A stretch of DNA of 62,997 bases, the filler included, from a bacterium (GTDB taxonomy: Bacteria > UBA9089 > CG2-30-40-21 > SBAY01): the NCBI GenBank assembly GCA_040757115.1. It is 12 parts of 12 records of this genome, joined end to end, with 100 filler letters (N's around TTAATTAATTAA, not from the genome) between each part and the next. Parts side by side here need not be neighbours in the genome. Positions count along the whole stretch, not along the records: positions 39,643 to 42,943 come from JBFLYA010000339.1; positions 43,044 to 46,341 come from JBFLYA010000340.1; positions 46,442 to 49,727 come from JBFLYA010000341.1; positions 49,828 to 53,096 come from JBFLYA010000342.1; 8 more parts are not named here. One strand, given 5' to 3'. Positions 40,791-50,146 of this stretch are shown in pieces (positions within the stretch are counted from its first letter, which is position 1; every line of letters starts with the position of its first letter). The translations under genes were made by a program, and so were the position numbers. A model generated the notes under the pieces. The model made no database searches, was not told the DNA's origin, and saw nothing but the letters and a program-made list of their open reading frames with translations.

Positions 40791-41087
40791 ATGTATACAG
40801 TACTTCGAACAAAAGAATTTGATGAGTGGCTTACCAAATTGCGCGATGCAAAAGGGAAAGCCCGAATACTGGCGCGTATCCGATCCGCAGAATTAGGAAA
40901 TTTAGGTGATGTTGAGCCTGTAGGTGAAGATGTCAGTGAAATGCGAATTCACTATGGTCCTGGATATAGAGTGTACTTTAAAAAGAAAGGTACATTGCTG
41001 ATTATTCTCCTATTAGGTGGCGATAAATCGTCTCAGACTCGAGACATTAAAAAGGCTAAAACTCTTGCCTCAATGCTCAAGGAGTAA
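40791..41087 (+). CDS. RelE/HigB-type addiction module toxin
   Basis: GNLGD, EMRIHYGPGYRVY and GGDKSSQ motifs. Confidence 0.92.
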   Translation: MYTVLRTKEFDEWLTKLRDAKGKARILARIRSAELGNLGDVEPVGEDVSEMRIHYGPGYRVYFKKKGTLLIILLLGGDKSSQTRDIKKAKTLASMLKE

Positions 41088-41088
41088 A

Positions 41089-41370
41089 ATGATGAAAACG
41101 TTAACAAAATTTGATGCAGCAGATTATCTCGATAACGAAGAAACCATTGCTGAGTATCTAACAGCTGCCATGGAAGATGAAAATCCTGATGTATTTTTGA
41201 TGGCGATAGCCGATGTTGCAAAAGCGCGTGGTATAGCAGCAATCGCTAAAAGCACAGGGTTGGATCGGGAAAGTTTGTATAAAGCTCTTGCTCCTGGTGC
41301 AAAACCTCGATATGACACAATCATAAAAGTTTTGCACGGATTGGGTGTGAAAGTTACGGTGATGGCTTAA
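41089..41370 (+). CDS. HTH addiction module antidote protein
   Basis: FDAADYL, AKARG and RESLYKAL motifs. Confidence 0.92.
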   Translation: MMKTLTKFDAADYLDNEETIAEYLTAAMEDENPDVFLMAIADVAKARGIAAIAKSTGLDRESLYKALAPGAKPRYDTIIKVLHGLGVKVTVMA

Positions 41371-41381
41371 CTTTCAGGTTG

Positions 41382-41512
41382 GGCTAACCAGTCGTTGCAG
41401 TGGACGGCGGGGGCTAACTGCTTTTCAAAAGTTTGTGGTTTATTAAACTTTTGTCTTGCTTACAAAGTTTAGTAGCAATCCTCCCCGCCGCCGCTGAACT
41501 CAATCGTTAGGT
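41382..41512 (+). other. Integron attC site
   Basis: GGCTAAC...GGCGGGG/CCCCGCC...GTTAGGT, 131 bp. Confidence 0.85.
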
Positions 41513-41548
41513 GGCAAAAATTAAGTTAATATAAAAGGGGAACAATCT

Positions 41549-41800
41549 ATGGCTGTTCATATTCATCCTCATGCTCAAGAGAGGATGAAAGAACGAGGAG
41601 CTACTGAAAATGAAGTAAAGTTCACAGTGGAGCATGGAGAAAGATTTCCAGCTAAGTATAATCGTACAGGATTTCGCCATAACTTTACTTTTAACAATAT
41701 TTGGTGTGGAAGATATTATAAAAACAAACAGTTAGAAGCTTACGCTGTTCAAGAAGAGACTGACTGGAGAGTCATAACTATAATCACTCGTTATTTTTAA
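41549..41800 (+). CDS. DUF4258-like putative toxin
   Basis: HPHAQERMKERG...VITIIT motif. Confidence 0.75.
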   Translation: MAVHIHPHAQERMKERGATENEVKFTVEHGERFPAKYNRTGFRHNFTFNNIWCGRYYKNKQLEAYAVQEETDWRVITIITRYF

Positions 41801-41820
41801 AATTAGAAGGAGTAAATACC

Positions 41821-42066
41821 ATGAGATTCACTTATGATCCTCGCTATAATGTTGCTTACATTCGCTTTCACAAAAGAGATACTGAAGTGGAAACAATACG
41901 AGTAAGTGATGAATTAAATGTAGATATAGCACCAGATGGAACTATTTATGGGCTTGAACTCTTAAATGCAAACGAGCAATTGAATCGTGAGGATAGAGGT
42001 AAACTTTTGGTCATTAACGAAGCAACTGGGGAAGAAAAGGAACTCCTTTTAGCTGTTAGCAGGTAG
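41821..42066 (+). CDS. DUF2283-like putative antitoxin
   Basis: YDPRYNVAYI...DGTIYGLELLNA motif. Confidence 0.8.
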   Translation: MRFTYDPRYNVAYIRFHKRDTEVETIRVSDELNVDIAPDGTIYGLELLNANEQLNREDRGKLLVINEATGEEKELLLAVSR

Positions 42067-42274
42067 AATTGGAGAATTGTGTCCAGACCTTGATTATGGA
42101 ATAGACAATAATTCGGCAAGGGAAGATGGGGATTAATACTCAATTTTGCATATTAGTCCCTGACAAAATATAATGATATACATTAACTTTTTTCTGTTTG
42201 ATAAAGTAAAAACTTTATGATATTATTCATAATAGCCGTTCAGATAATAACTGGTTAGACTAAAAGAGATTAAA

Positions 42275-42438
42275 CCACGAAGGGCAGGGAGAACACGAAG
42301 TGAAATTTGATGAAATATCTAATGAAGTTAGCAAATATTAAAGTTGGCTTGTTGATAAATTTCAAGGTAGAAAGGTTGAAAGAAAGCATAAAAAGATTTG
42401 TCTTGTCCAATCTTCGTGACCTTCGTGCTCTTCGTGGT
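42275..42438 (+). pseudogene. Internally deleted GxxExxY gene between CCACGAAG/CTTCGTGG repeats
   Basis: KFDEISN joined out of frame to MKLANIKVGLLINFKVERLKESIKRFVL. Confidence 0.8.
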
Positions 42439-42447
42439 AAAAAAACA

Positions 42448-42509
42448 GTCTAACCACTCGCTACACCTAACCCTCGCTTCGCTCGGGCAGGTGAGCTTTG
42501 GCGTTAGGC
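42448..42509 (+). other. Integron attC site
   Basis: GTCTAAC...CACCT/AGGTG...GTTAGGC, 62 bp. Confidence 0.88.
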
Positions 42510-42580
42510 AAAGGCAAGCAAAACAGTAAGGGAAAAGTCAATCAACAAAAAAGTACTGAGGGGAAGAGGGAAGACATTTC

Positions 42581-42770
42581 CTAGTGTCGTGTTGAACAAA
42601 TAACGCACAGAATTTGATTCTGGTAACTGGTGATTGGTAACTAGTAATTAAATACCGTTCGGCTGAGCTCAGGACGAAACTATTTAACCAATTACCAGTT
42701 ACCAATTATCCGTTTGCAGGTTACGAAACCTGATGATGCCCCGTGCAAAACTTACTCAACACGACACTAG
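42581..42770. mobile_element. CTAG-flanked MITE family C with GGTAACT heptamer stem
   Basis: CTAGTGTCGTGTTGA/TCAACACGACACTAG TIR; partial inverted copy at 54989-55102. Confidence 0.85.
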
Positions 42771-42916
42771 TGCTCTGTCGCCATTCAAGTGATTGATTGG
42801 CCGTTATCCCCCGCTGGCGGGGGTAGGGGGTGGATTCTTCTATGTCAGATTTCATATTCCACCCCCTTAATCCCCCGCCAGCGGGGGACATCAATTGAGT
42901 AGCGACAAAGCACTAG
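42767..42916. mobile_element. Family A MITE sharing its CTAG with family C
   Basis: 150-bp copy. Confidence 0.9.
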
Positions 42917-43043
42917 TATATCGTTCTCTAAATACATATAATANNNNNNNNNNNNNNNNNNNNNNNNNNNNNNNNNNNNNNNNNNNNTTAATTAATTAAN
43001 NNNNNNNNNNNNNNNNNNNNNNNNNNNNNNNNNNNNNNNNNNN

Positions 43044-43165
43044 GCCTGGTTCAGTAACTCTTGCCTCAATAACTGCTATGGTAAGAAACAATGAAACTAA
43101 AAGATGGTTTGAAGAGGGTAAGATAGAACTCAAATTGGCAGCATAAAATCTAACCGCACAGGTCG
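43044..43165 (+). mobile_element. Right end of a probable autonomous IS (transposase C-terminus plus CACAGGTCG end)
   Basis: Frame PGSVTLASITAMVRNNETKRWFEEGKIELKLAA* ends just inside AACCGCACAGGTCG. Confidence 0.6.
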
Positions 43166-43175
43166 AAATTATTTT

Positions 43176-43865
43176 ATGTCGGTTGTAGCAGTAAAAGAAG
43201 TAAGCAGAGAATACAAACTTGGTAAGACCAGTGTAAGAGCACTTCAGAAAGTAAGTTTAGAGGTTGAAAAAGGAGAGTTTGTCTCCATTTGTGGCCCTTC
43301 AGGAAGTGGAAAGACCACTCTTCTTAATATCATTGGATGTCTGGATAAACCTACTGAAGGCACCGTTGCGATTATAGATCAATCAGTAGAAGGTCTTTCT
43401 GATGCCCAACTCTCTGAATTGCGCAATAGAAGGATTGGTTTCATCTTTCAGACATTTAATCTTATACCAGTACTTACTGCTTACGAAAATGTAGAATATC
43501 CTCTCTGGATTCTTGGAAAAGGAAACAAAGAAAGACGCAAGATGGTCTTGAAAATGCTTGAAGAAGTAGGTTTGCTTGAGCACAAAAATCATAAACCCGA
43601 TGAACTATCCGGGGGACAAAGGCAAAGAGTAGCTGTAGCCAGAGCATTGGTAACTATGCCCAGCTTGGTTTTGGCAGATGAACCAACAGCAAATCTGGAT
43701 TCAGAAACAGGAGAAGCAATTTTAGAATTAATGTGGAAGATAAACAGGGAATTTTCTACTACTTTCATCTTTTCCACCCACGACCCCAAGATTATGAATT
43801 ACGCTCGGGAAATATACCGCCTCAGAGATGGCAGGTTTATAAAAGGAGAAGCAGAGGATAAATAA
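43176..43865 (+). CDS. ABC transporter ATP-binding protein (LolD-like)
   Basis: GPSGSGKT, LSGGQRQR and DEPTANLD motifs. Confidence 0.93.
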   Translation: MSVVAVKEVSREYKLGKTSVRALQKVSLEVEKGEFVSICGPSGSGKTTLLNIIGCLDKPTEGTVAIIDQSVEGLSDAQLSELRNRRIGFIFQTFNLIPVLTAYENVEYPLWILGKGNKERRKMVLKMLEEVGLLEHKNHKPDELSGGQRQRVAVARALVTMPSLVLADEPTANLDSETGEAILELMWKINREFSTTFIFSTHDPKIMNYAREIYRLRDGRFIKGEAEDK

Positions 43866-45095
43866 ATGAGAAGTGGATTTTTTATCTTAGCCCTCCGAAA
43901 TATCTTCAGAAACAAAAGACGAACAACTATTACCTTTTTAGCTATAATTTCAGGGATGGTAGGGCTCATTGTCTTCGGTGGATTTGTAGAATATTCCTTC
44001 TGGGGATTAAGAGAATCAACCATTCGGTCCCAACTAGGCCATATTCAGGTTTATAAAAAGGGCTATTCAGAAAAAGGAGTTGCTAATCCTTCTGAATATT
44101 TGATTGATGATTTTCAGAAGTTAGAAGAGCTTTTCTATAAGATTCCTTATGTGGAATTAGTTACTGCCCGTCTCTCCTTTTCCGGACTTATAAGTACAGG
44201 TGAAAATACTCTTATCTGTAAAGGTGAGGGGGGCATACCTGAAAAAGAGGCCCGCCTGGCCAGTTTTGAGGAACTAATTGAAGGAGAAGGACTATTTGAA
44301 GAAGGAAGAGAGGAGGGTGTGATCGGATGCGAAATGCAAAAATCCTTCGGGGCAAAGATAGGAGATTATCTTACCATTCTTACTACTACACCTTTAGGGA
44401 TGATGAATGCGGTCGATATCAAGCTGGTAGGAATAGCCAGAAGTGGGGCTAAAGATTATGACTCAGTATTTTTAAAACTTCCTCTGAAAATAGTTCAACG
44501 ACTCCTTCTCACTACTGAAGTGGAAAAGATAGTTATACTTCTGGATAAAACAGAACATACCGAAGAGGTTTCACAGAAACTCAGTCTTCTTTTTAAGGAA
44601 AAAGAATTAGATCTGGAACTCAAAACGTGGGATGAACTGGCTCCCTTTTATCATGCTGTAGTCAGGTTATACAATGGAATGTTCGGAGTAGTAAAGGTTA
44701 TTATTGCTATTATCGTCCTATTTAGCATAGCAAATACTATGACTATGTCTGTTTTTGAACGGGTAAAAGAGATAGGAACACTGAGAGCGATTGGCACAAA
44801 GAAAAGAGGTATCCTGAAGCTTTTCCTCTGGGAGGGATTTTTAATTGGAGTGATAGGTGCAGTGCTGGGAACGATAACAGGAGTTTTAGTAGCCCAGGTG
44901 ATAAATCTATGGGGAGGGATTTATATCCCCCCACCGCCAGCTATGACGAGGGGATATAATGCCCTCATCCTCATTGTCCCGGTGGTGTTGTGGTACTCTT
45001 TCCTGTCCACGGTAGTGATTTCTACCATCTCCACATTTTACCCGGCCATGCGGGCTACAAGATTGAGTATAGTAGAATCTTTAGGGCATAATTAA
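43866..45095 (+). CDS. ABC permease (LolE/FtsX/MacB-like)
   Basis: RNKRRT and ERVKEIGTLRAIG motifs. Confidence 0.9.
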   Translation: MRSGFFILALRNIFRNKRRTTITFLAIISGMVGLIVFGGFVEYSFWGLRESTIRSQLGHIQVYKKGYSEKGVANPSEYLIDDFQKLEELFYKIPYVELVTARLSFSGLISTGENTLICKGEGGIPEKEARLASFEELIEGEGLFEEGREEGVIGCEMQKSFGAKIGDYLTILTTTPLGMMNAVDIKLVGIARSGAKDYDSVFLKLPLKIVQRLLLTTEVEKIVILLDKTEHTEEVSQKLSLLFKEKELDLELKTWDELAPFYHAVVRLYNGMFGVVKVIIAIIVLFSIANTMTMSVFERVKEIGTLRAIGTKKRGILKLFLWEGFLIGVIGAVLGTITGVLVAQVINLWGGIYIPPPPAMTRGYNALILIVPVVLWYSFLSTVVISTISTFYPAMRATRLSIVESLGHN

Positions 45096-45106
45096 AAAGA
45101 GGTAGA

Positions 45107-45838
45107 ATGATACGGAAAGCTATTTTTTTGTTTTTATTTTTAACATTAATATCCGCTGATACATTTGCTCCTACTCCTGCTAAAATTCTGGAGATGATTG
45201 ATCAAATAAGAGCTCCCGGGGATACTTTTGTCTTTGACTTGAAGATTACTTATAAAAAAGAGAAGGAAAAAGATATTATTCAAGAATTTACTGTTCGGGT
45301 AAAAGATGCGGATAAAAGCCTGGTAAAATTTACCTATCCTCCAGAGAATAAAGGCCGCCTTCTTCTGATGGTTGGCAATAATATGTGGATATATGTTCCT
45401 GGTACACGGGGACCTATTAGAATCTCCCCCCAACAGCGTTTACTGGGGCAAATTTCTAATGGTGATGTGGCAAGAGTGGTCTACTCTCTAGACTATAATG
45501 CAAAATTATTGGAAGAAGAAATAGATAAAATGAGATGCATAAAACTTGAGCTATCCAGCAAAAGCGAACAGGCATCTTATAGTAAGATTTTTCTCTGGAC
45601 TGATACGGAAAGTTTTAAACCAATAAAGGCCGAATTTTATAGTATCTCAGATAGACTTTTAAAGACTGCTTTTTATAAAGGATATGCGAAAGTTTTAGGA
45701 AAAGAAAGACCATTAGTCTTAGAGATTTACGATGAACTGCGTAAAGGTGAATATTCGATAATGGAATATAGTAATATGAAAGTAGCTGATACACCTAACA
45801 CTTTCTTTCAAAAGACTTATTTGAAACATATCCGATAA
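45107..45838 (+). CDS. Outer-membrane lipoprotein-sorting (LolA-like) protein
   Basis: Signal peptide, MWIYVP and QRLLG motifs; operon context. Confidence 0.8.
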   Translation: MIRKAIFLFLFLTLISADTFAPTPAKILEMIDQIRAPGDTFVFDLKITYKKEKEKDIIQEFTVRVKDADKSLVKFTYPPENKGRLLLMVGNNMWIYVPGTRGPIRISPQQRLLGQISNGDVARVVYSLDYNAKLLEEEIDKMRCIKLELSSKSEQASYSKIFLWTDTESFKPIKAEFYSISDRLLKTAFYKGYAKVLGKERPLVLEIYDELRKGEYSIMEYSNMKVADTPNTFFQKTYLKHIR

Positions 45839-45849
45839 AAGGTAATCTT

Positions 45850-46233
45850 ATGAGAAGAATAATACTGAGTGCTATATTAGTTTTGGTTTTATCTTCGTTT
45901 CAGGTAAATGCCTCTATATTTGATGAAAACTTCAGGCTTGAATATCGAGGGGAACTTGTTAATCAGACAACTTATTATCAACTAAAGGGTGATATTCTTT
46001 TAAATCCTGACTCTAATCTTACTTCGTTTCCAAAGTGGCAAAATAAACTTTATAAGGACTCTTTTATTAGTCTTACATATAAAGAATGGCTTAAACTGGC
46101 GGTAAAATCTCGACCTGCATGGACTGTTAACGATGGAGGTAACAATAGTCTCAAGAATTATATAGATGATGCCTATGTTGACATAAAGTTTAGAAGGACA
46201 TTTTTTCTTACTATTGAGGGTCGGACCTATTAA
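45850..46233 (+). pseudogene. Exported (beta-barrel-like) protein, apparently truncated
   Basis: Signal peptide; frame ends shortly after non-coding-looking DNA begins at about 46211. Confidence 0.5.
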
Positions 46234-46893
46234 CCTCTGTAAAATCAAGGGACTATAATATTAAGAGGGTAGATTTTGGGGGTGTTTAGGAGGTGAGGTA
46301 GATATATATAACACATTATAAACATTGAGGTTAGGTTTCAANNNNNNNNNNNNNNNNNNNNNNNNNNNNNNNNNNNNNNNNNNNNTTAATTAATTAANNN
46401 NNNNNNNNNNNNNNNNNNNNNNNNNNNNNNNNNNNNNNNNNAAATTTTCTACCAATATATCGTTCCTACGGAACTGATTGATTTATCTATCTATTCCTAC
46501 CGATATTATGTTCCTAACGGAACGATTATTCTCATGCCTTATTTATGGGTATTATCCTATGTAAACTTCCAGTTAATAACCGCTATAATTGGTTATTTGG
46601 ATGCATTATTTCCCTCCCCAATTTAAAACTTACTTCTGTTGTCTTTATCGGCTTAATCAATCATAAACTTTAACCACTTTAGAAGGGACAACTATATAAC
46701 ACCTCCTCCTCTTGATGTCAACTAAGCAGATTATCTCTTTTTTATAGCTTTGGCATCTTTTATCACCCAAAACTCACCCCCAACCCGCACCATAACTAAA
46801 AACCATTTGCAACGCTCTCAAAATCAAAAACCTGTTCCCTGATTTTCATCAGGGCAGGCTCTGACAGGTTTAAGGAAGATTCAGCCTCTGAAT

Positions 46894-47793
46894 TCAAAAC
46901 CTCTTTATCAAAGATACCCTATGTGTAGAATCAAGATTACCAAAGGAGAGGTAGGCATAGTCAAACTGAAAATTTCCGATTTGCAAACCACAACCAACCG
47001 TAAGCTTGCCAGAATCATCTCCTTCTCTATAACCTGCCCTGATTGCTACTAACTTATTTTGATCAATAGGGTAGGTGTATTCGGTGCCAAGCCTGATGTT
47101 TATATCAGCATCATTAGGGCTGTTTAAATCACCTGCTACAATAAGCCTTTCTTCAAAAAGCCTGTAAGCACAGCCTATCTTGATATTAAACGGTAGAGGG
47201 TCTTTTTCTTTCTTAAACTTGAGTGAGGTGCCTAAATTCTGAAGTGAGACACCAATGCTTAGACCCTTAACAGAAGAAGGATGATACAGACCACCAAGAT
47301 CCAATGCCCAGGCAGATGCAGATTCATTCTTTATCTTTGTGCTTATGAGTTTGAGATTAGCACCTACATTTGCTTTTGTGTTTACCTTCCTGGCACCGGA
47401 TAAAATTATGGCCATATCAGATGCATTAAAGTTGCCTGAATAGGTATTTTCATCCTTCCACTCTTCTATATTCTTAACTTGAAGCATGGTTATACCTGCA
47501 CCAAGTACCATATTTCCTGCTGGTCTAGCAAAAGTGAGATGTTGAGTGGCAATATCCTGAAACCAGCGGCCATACATTCCTCCAAACTGGGGGGCATTAA
47601 TCATCGCCAGGCCGGCTGGATTCCAGCAGGAAGCATAAGGGTCATCAGCCACCGCTACATACGCTTCTCCCATTGCCAATGCTCTGGCACCCTGGCCTAT
47701 TTTTAAAAATGCTGCCCCTGACTCCCCTTTTCCTCTCCCATAAACAGAGGATGCCATTGTCAAAATCAATAGAACTAAAAATATTCTTTGCAT
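46894..47793 (-). CDS. PorV/PorQ family outer-membrane protein
   Basis: FLKIGQGARALAMG, WNPAGL and THRVSL motifs. Confidence 0.85.
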   Translation of the reverse strand: MQRIFLVLLILTMASSVYGRGKGESGAAFLKIGQGARALAMGEAYVAVADDPYASCWNPAGLAMINAPQFGGMYGRWFQDIATQHLTFARPAGNMVLGAGITMLQVKNIEEWKDENTYSGNFNASDMAIILSGARKVNTKANVGANLKLISTKIKNESASAWALDLGGLYHPSSVKGLSIGVSLQNLGTSLKFKKEKDPLPFNIKIGCAYRLFEERLIVAGDLNSPNDADINIRLGTEYTYPIDQNKLVAIRAGYREGDDSGKLTVGCGLQIGNFQFDYAYLSFGNLDSTHRVSLIKRF

Positions 47794-47811
47794 CTTTTCA
47801 TACCTCCCTTC

Positions 47812-48915
47812 TTATTTGATAATAGCCATCTTGCTACACTTATGATAGCCACTACCTTCAATGATGTAGACATAGACTTCTGATGCCACTACAGTACCTC
47901 CACTATTCTTTCCATCCCATTCTACATAATTCCATACACCTCTTGTTGCCGTATCAGTAAATTCTCTTATTAGCTCACCTGCAATATTATATATCTTAAT
48001 ATTTACTGTTGTTTCTCCTGTACCTGGAATTTGATACTTGATGATGGTTCCTCTGGTTGTTATACCATGACTATTGATTGGTATGCCACTGGCAGGATTA
48101 AAGGGATTGGGGTAGTTATAAGTAGTAATGCCCGTAGTGGGTGCTGTGTTTATAACATTAAAGCCATATTCGACCAGTTCAAGCTCGTCGTCTACCACCA
48201 GTCCAACTCCGGGACAATAGACCTTTTCACCTACCGCATTTGGCTCAAGTGGAGTTGTCTCACGCACCTTCACACAGGCATTAAATATACCTGCTTCAGT
48301 AGTTACTGTCAGTGCCATCTCCACATTCTCTCCACGATCCATAGCAACGCCTTCTGCTATTTCCTGGTAGTATCTCGAGCCCAGAAGGAAGATACCGGGC
48401 ATCATAACACCAGGTTTGGCACCAGACACGCCTGCACGCCATGAGCCTTCGTGACTCACGATTTCTCCATTCTCGTATTTATCAACATTCTCGCCAAAGT
48501 AGTAAACGCTGTTGGTCCTTTTGCAGATGGCGTAGAAATTCCTTGAAACCTCAGTTAACTCGTCGTTCTTCCATTCTCTGTCCTCGACGATTCCTGTTTT
48601 TACCACGCCAATATTGGGAAGTGATATGTTTTCGGTTTCGTAAAGAACGGTGCTTACAACTTTGAACTTATCGTTATTTTCTTCCCCCTTTAAAACTAAT
48701 TGATAGCCTGGTTCGAGAATGAAGTAGGGGTTTCTTCCTACTGGCATAAATTTGCAGTCCTCCAATCGAAAATCTGTGGTAAACTTAGGCTCCTGGGCCT
48801 GGACTATGGCGATGTTAGCAGAGCTACCAGGCCAGATAAATGTTACACTTATGGCCATAGAAAATCCTGCTATAGCCAATGCCCTCATGACAGAATTAGT
48901 TTTTGATTTCATCAT
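47812..48915 (-). CDS. Secreted protein with T9SS-CTD/FlgD-Ig-like C-terminal domain
   Basis: NYPNPFNP, IKIYNIAGELI and WDGKN motifs. Confidence 0.78.
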   Translation of the reverse strand: MMKSKTNSVMRALAIAGFSMAISVTFIWPGSSANIAIVQAQEPKFTTDFRLEDCKFMPVGRNPYFILEPGYQLVLKGEENNDKFKVVSTVLYETENISLPNIGVVKTGIVEDREWKNDELTEVSRNFYAICKRTNSVYYFGENVDKYENGEIVSHEGSWRAGVSGAKPGVMMPGIFLLGSRYYQEIAEGVAMDRGENVEMALTVTTEAGIFNACVKVRETTPLEPNAVGEKVYCPGVGLVVDDELELVEYGFNVINTAPTTGITTYNYPNPFNPASGIPINSHGITTRGTIIKYQIPGTGETTVNIKIYNIAGELIREFTDTATRGVWNYVEWDGKNSGGTVVASEVYVYIIEGSGYHKCSKMAIIK

Positions 48916-49095
48916 ACTTACCTCCTTAACTTTAGTTAAAAATTTCACCTTCACCCTTTAACGGGTTAGGCTTGCATTATTTATATTAAACAGTGTTTGG
49001 CATCAAAATTTAAAAGAAACTTCACCCCCTTTCTTGCCAAATTAACACTGGTATTTTTGCTTGCTTTTTGAGCAACAATTTCACTGGTAAGGTAC

Positions 49096-49330
49096 TATAG
49101 CACTTATTAATCGAAATTTGACATAGATATGGCTATGAAATTCCAAATTCCATTTAGTGAATTAGTGAATTAAGCGAATTAGCGAATTAGTAAAATCTAA
49201 TCTCTAATTCACTAATCTCTAATTCGCTTTTTGGTATGTGGAATTTGGTGCTTATTTGAGATTTGGTGCTTGGGATTTGGGATTTTTTCCTTATCCACTC
49301 TGAGTAAAATTTTGACTAATAACTGCTATA
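49096..49330. mobile_element. TATAGC-ended MITE family D (IS630-like) holding two empty four-helix-type repeat shells
   Basis: TIR TATAGCACTTATTAATCGAAATTT/AAATTTTGACTAATAACTGCTATA; second copy at 52444-52659. Confidence 0.88.
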
Positions 49331-49466
49331 TGATAGTAGTCTACCATAGTCAAGTTAACGAGAAGATTATCGCAAGATTACTTTTTGGTAATGTTTGAAG
49401 ATGGGTAACTATTCACCACGAAGAGCACGAAGGACACGAAGAAAAATTATTTCAGGAATGGATTTT

Positions 49467-49637
49467 ATGGAATTTGATGAATTATCTAAGAAAATAATTG
49501 GGTTAGCAATTGAAGTTCATCGGGTCCATGAAGCCCAGTTGCTAACCTATATGAGATTAGCAAATATAAAGATAGATTTATTAATGAACTTTAATGAGAA
49601 GAGATTGAAAGATGGGATTAGGAGATTTGTTTTATAA
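49467..49637 (+). pseudogene. In-frame internally deleted GxxExxY gene
   Basis: MEFDELSKKIIGLAIEVHR fused to VHEAQLLTYMRL...; flanked by CACGAAG / CTTCGTG repeats and a GTAACTATTCA end at 49405. Confidence 0.85.
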
Positions 49638-50146
49638 TTCTTCGTGCTCTTCCGGGGTACCCACTTGTGGGTCGTTCGTGGTTTTAAAAGATGTGAGGAA
49701 GGTTAATCTAACCGCACAGGTGGAAAANNNNNNNNNNNNNNNNNNNNNNNNNNNNNNNNNNNNNNNNNNNNTTAATTAATTAANNNNNNNNNNNNNNNNN
49801 NNNNNNNNNNNNNNNNNNNNNNNNNNNGTGGAAAACAACAAATTTCCATAAATTTCTATTAGTTTCTATTAATTTCAATTTTTTTAATAATATCTCCCTA
49901 TCTCCTTAATCTCCACATCTCCTTTTGTTACACCACCTGAACGCTTACAATCTTTTAATACTTACTTTTGACTAACTGTTTTTAAGCCTTTTTAAACACC
50001 GAAAAACGCGAAAAAAATATTTTCCTCTCTGTTCCTCTGCGTCTCTGCGGTAAATTACCACCTGAACGGTTACCATTTTCTAACCGCAAGATTTCAAACA
50101 AAAGTGAACCGTCCCCAAAAATACCATTTCACCAAGAATTCATTTA

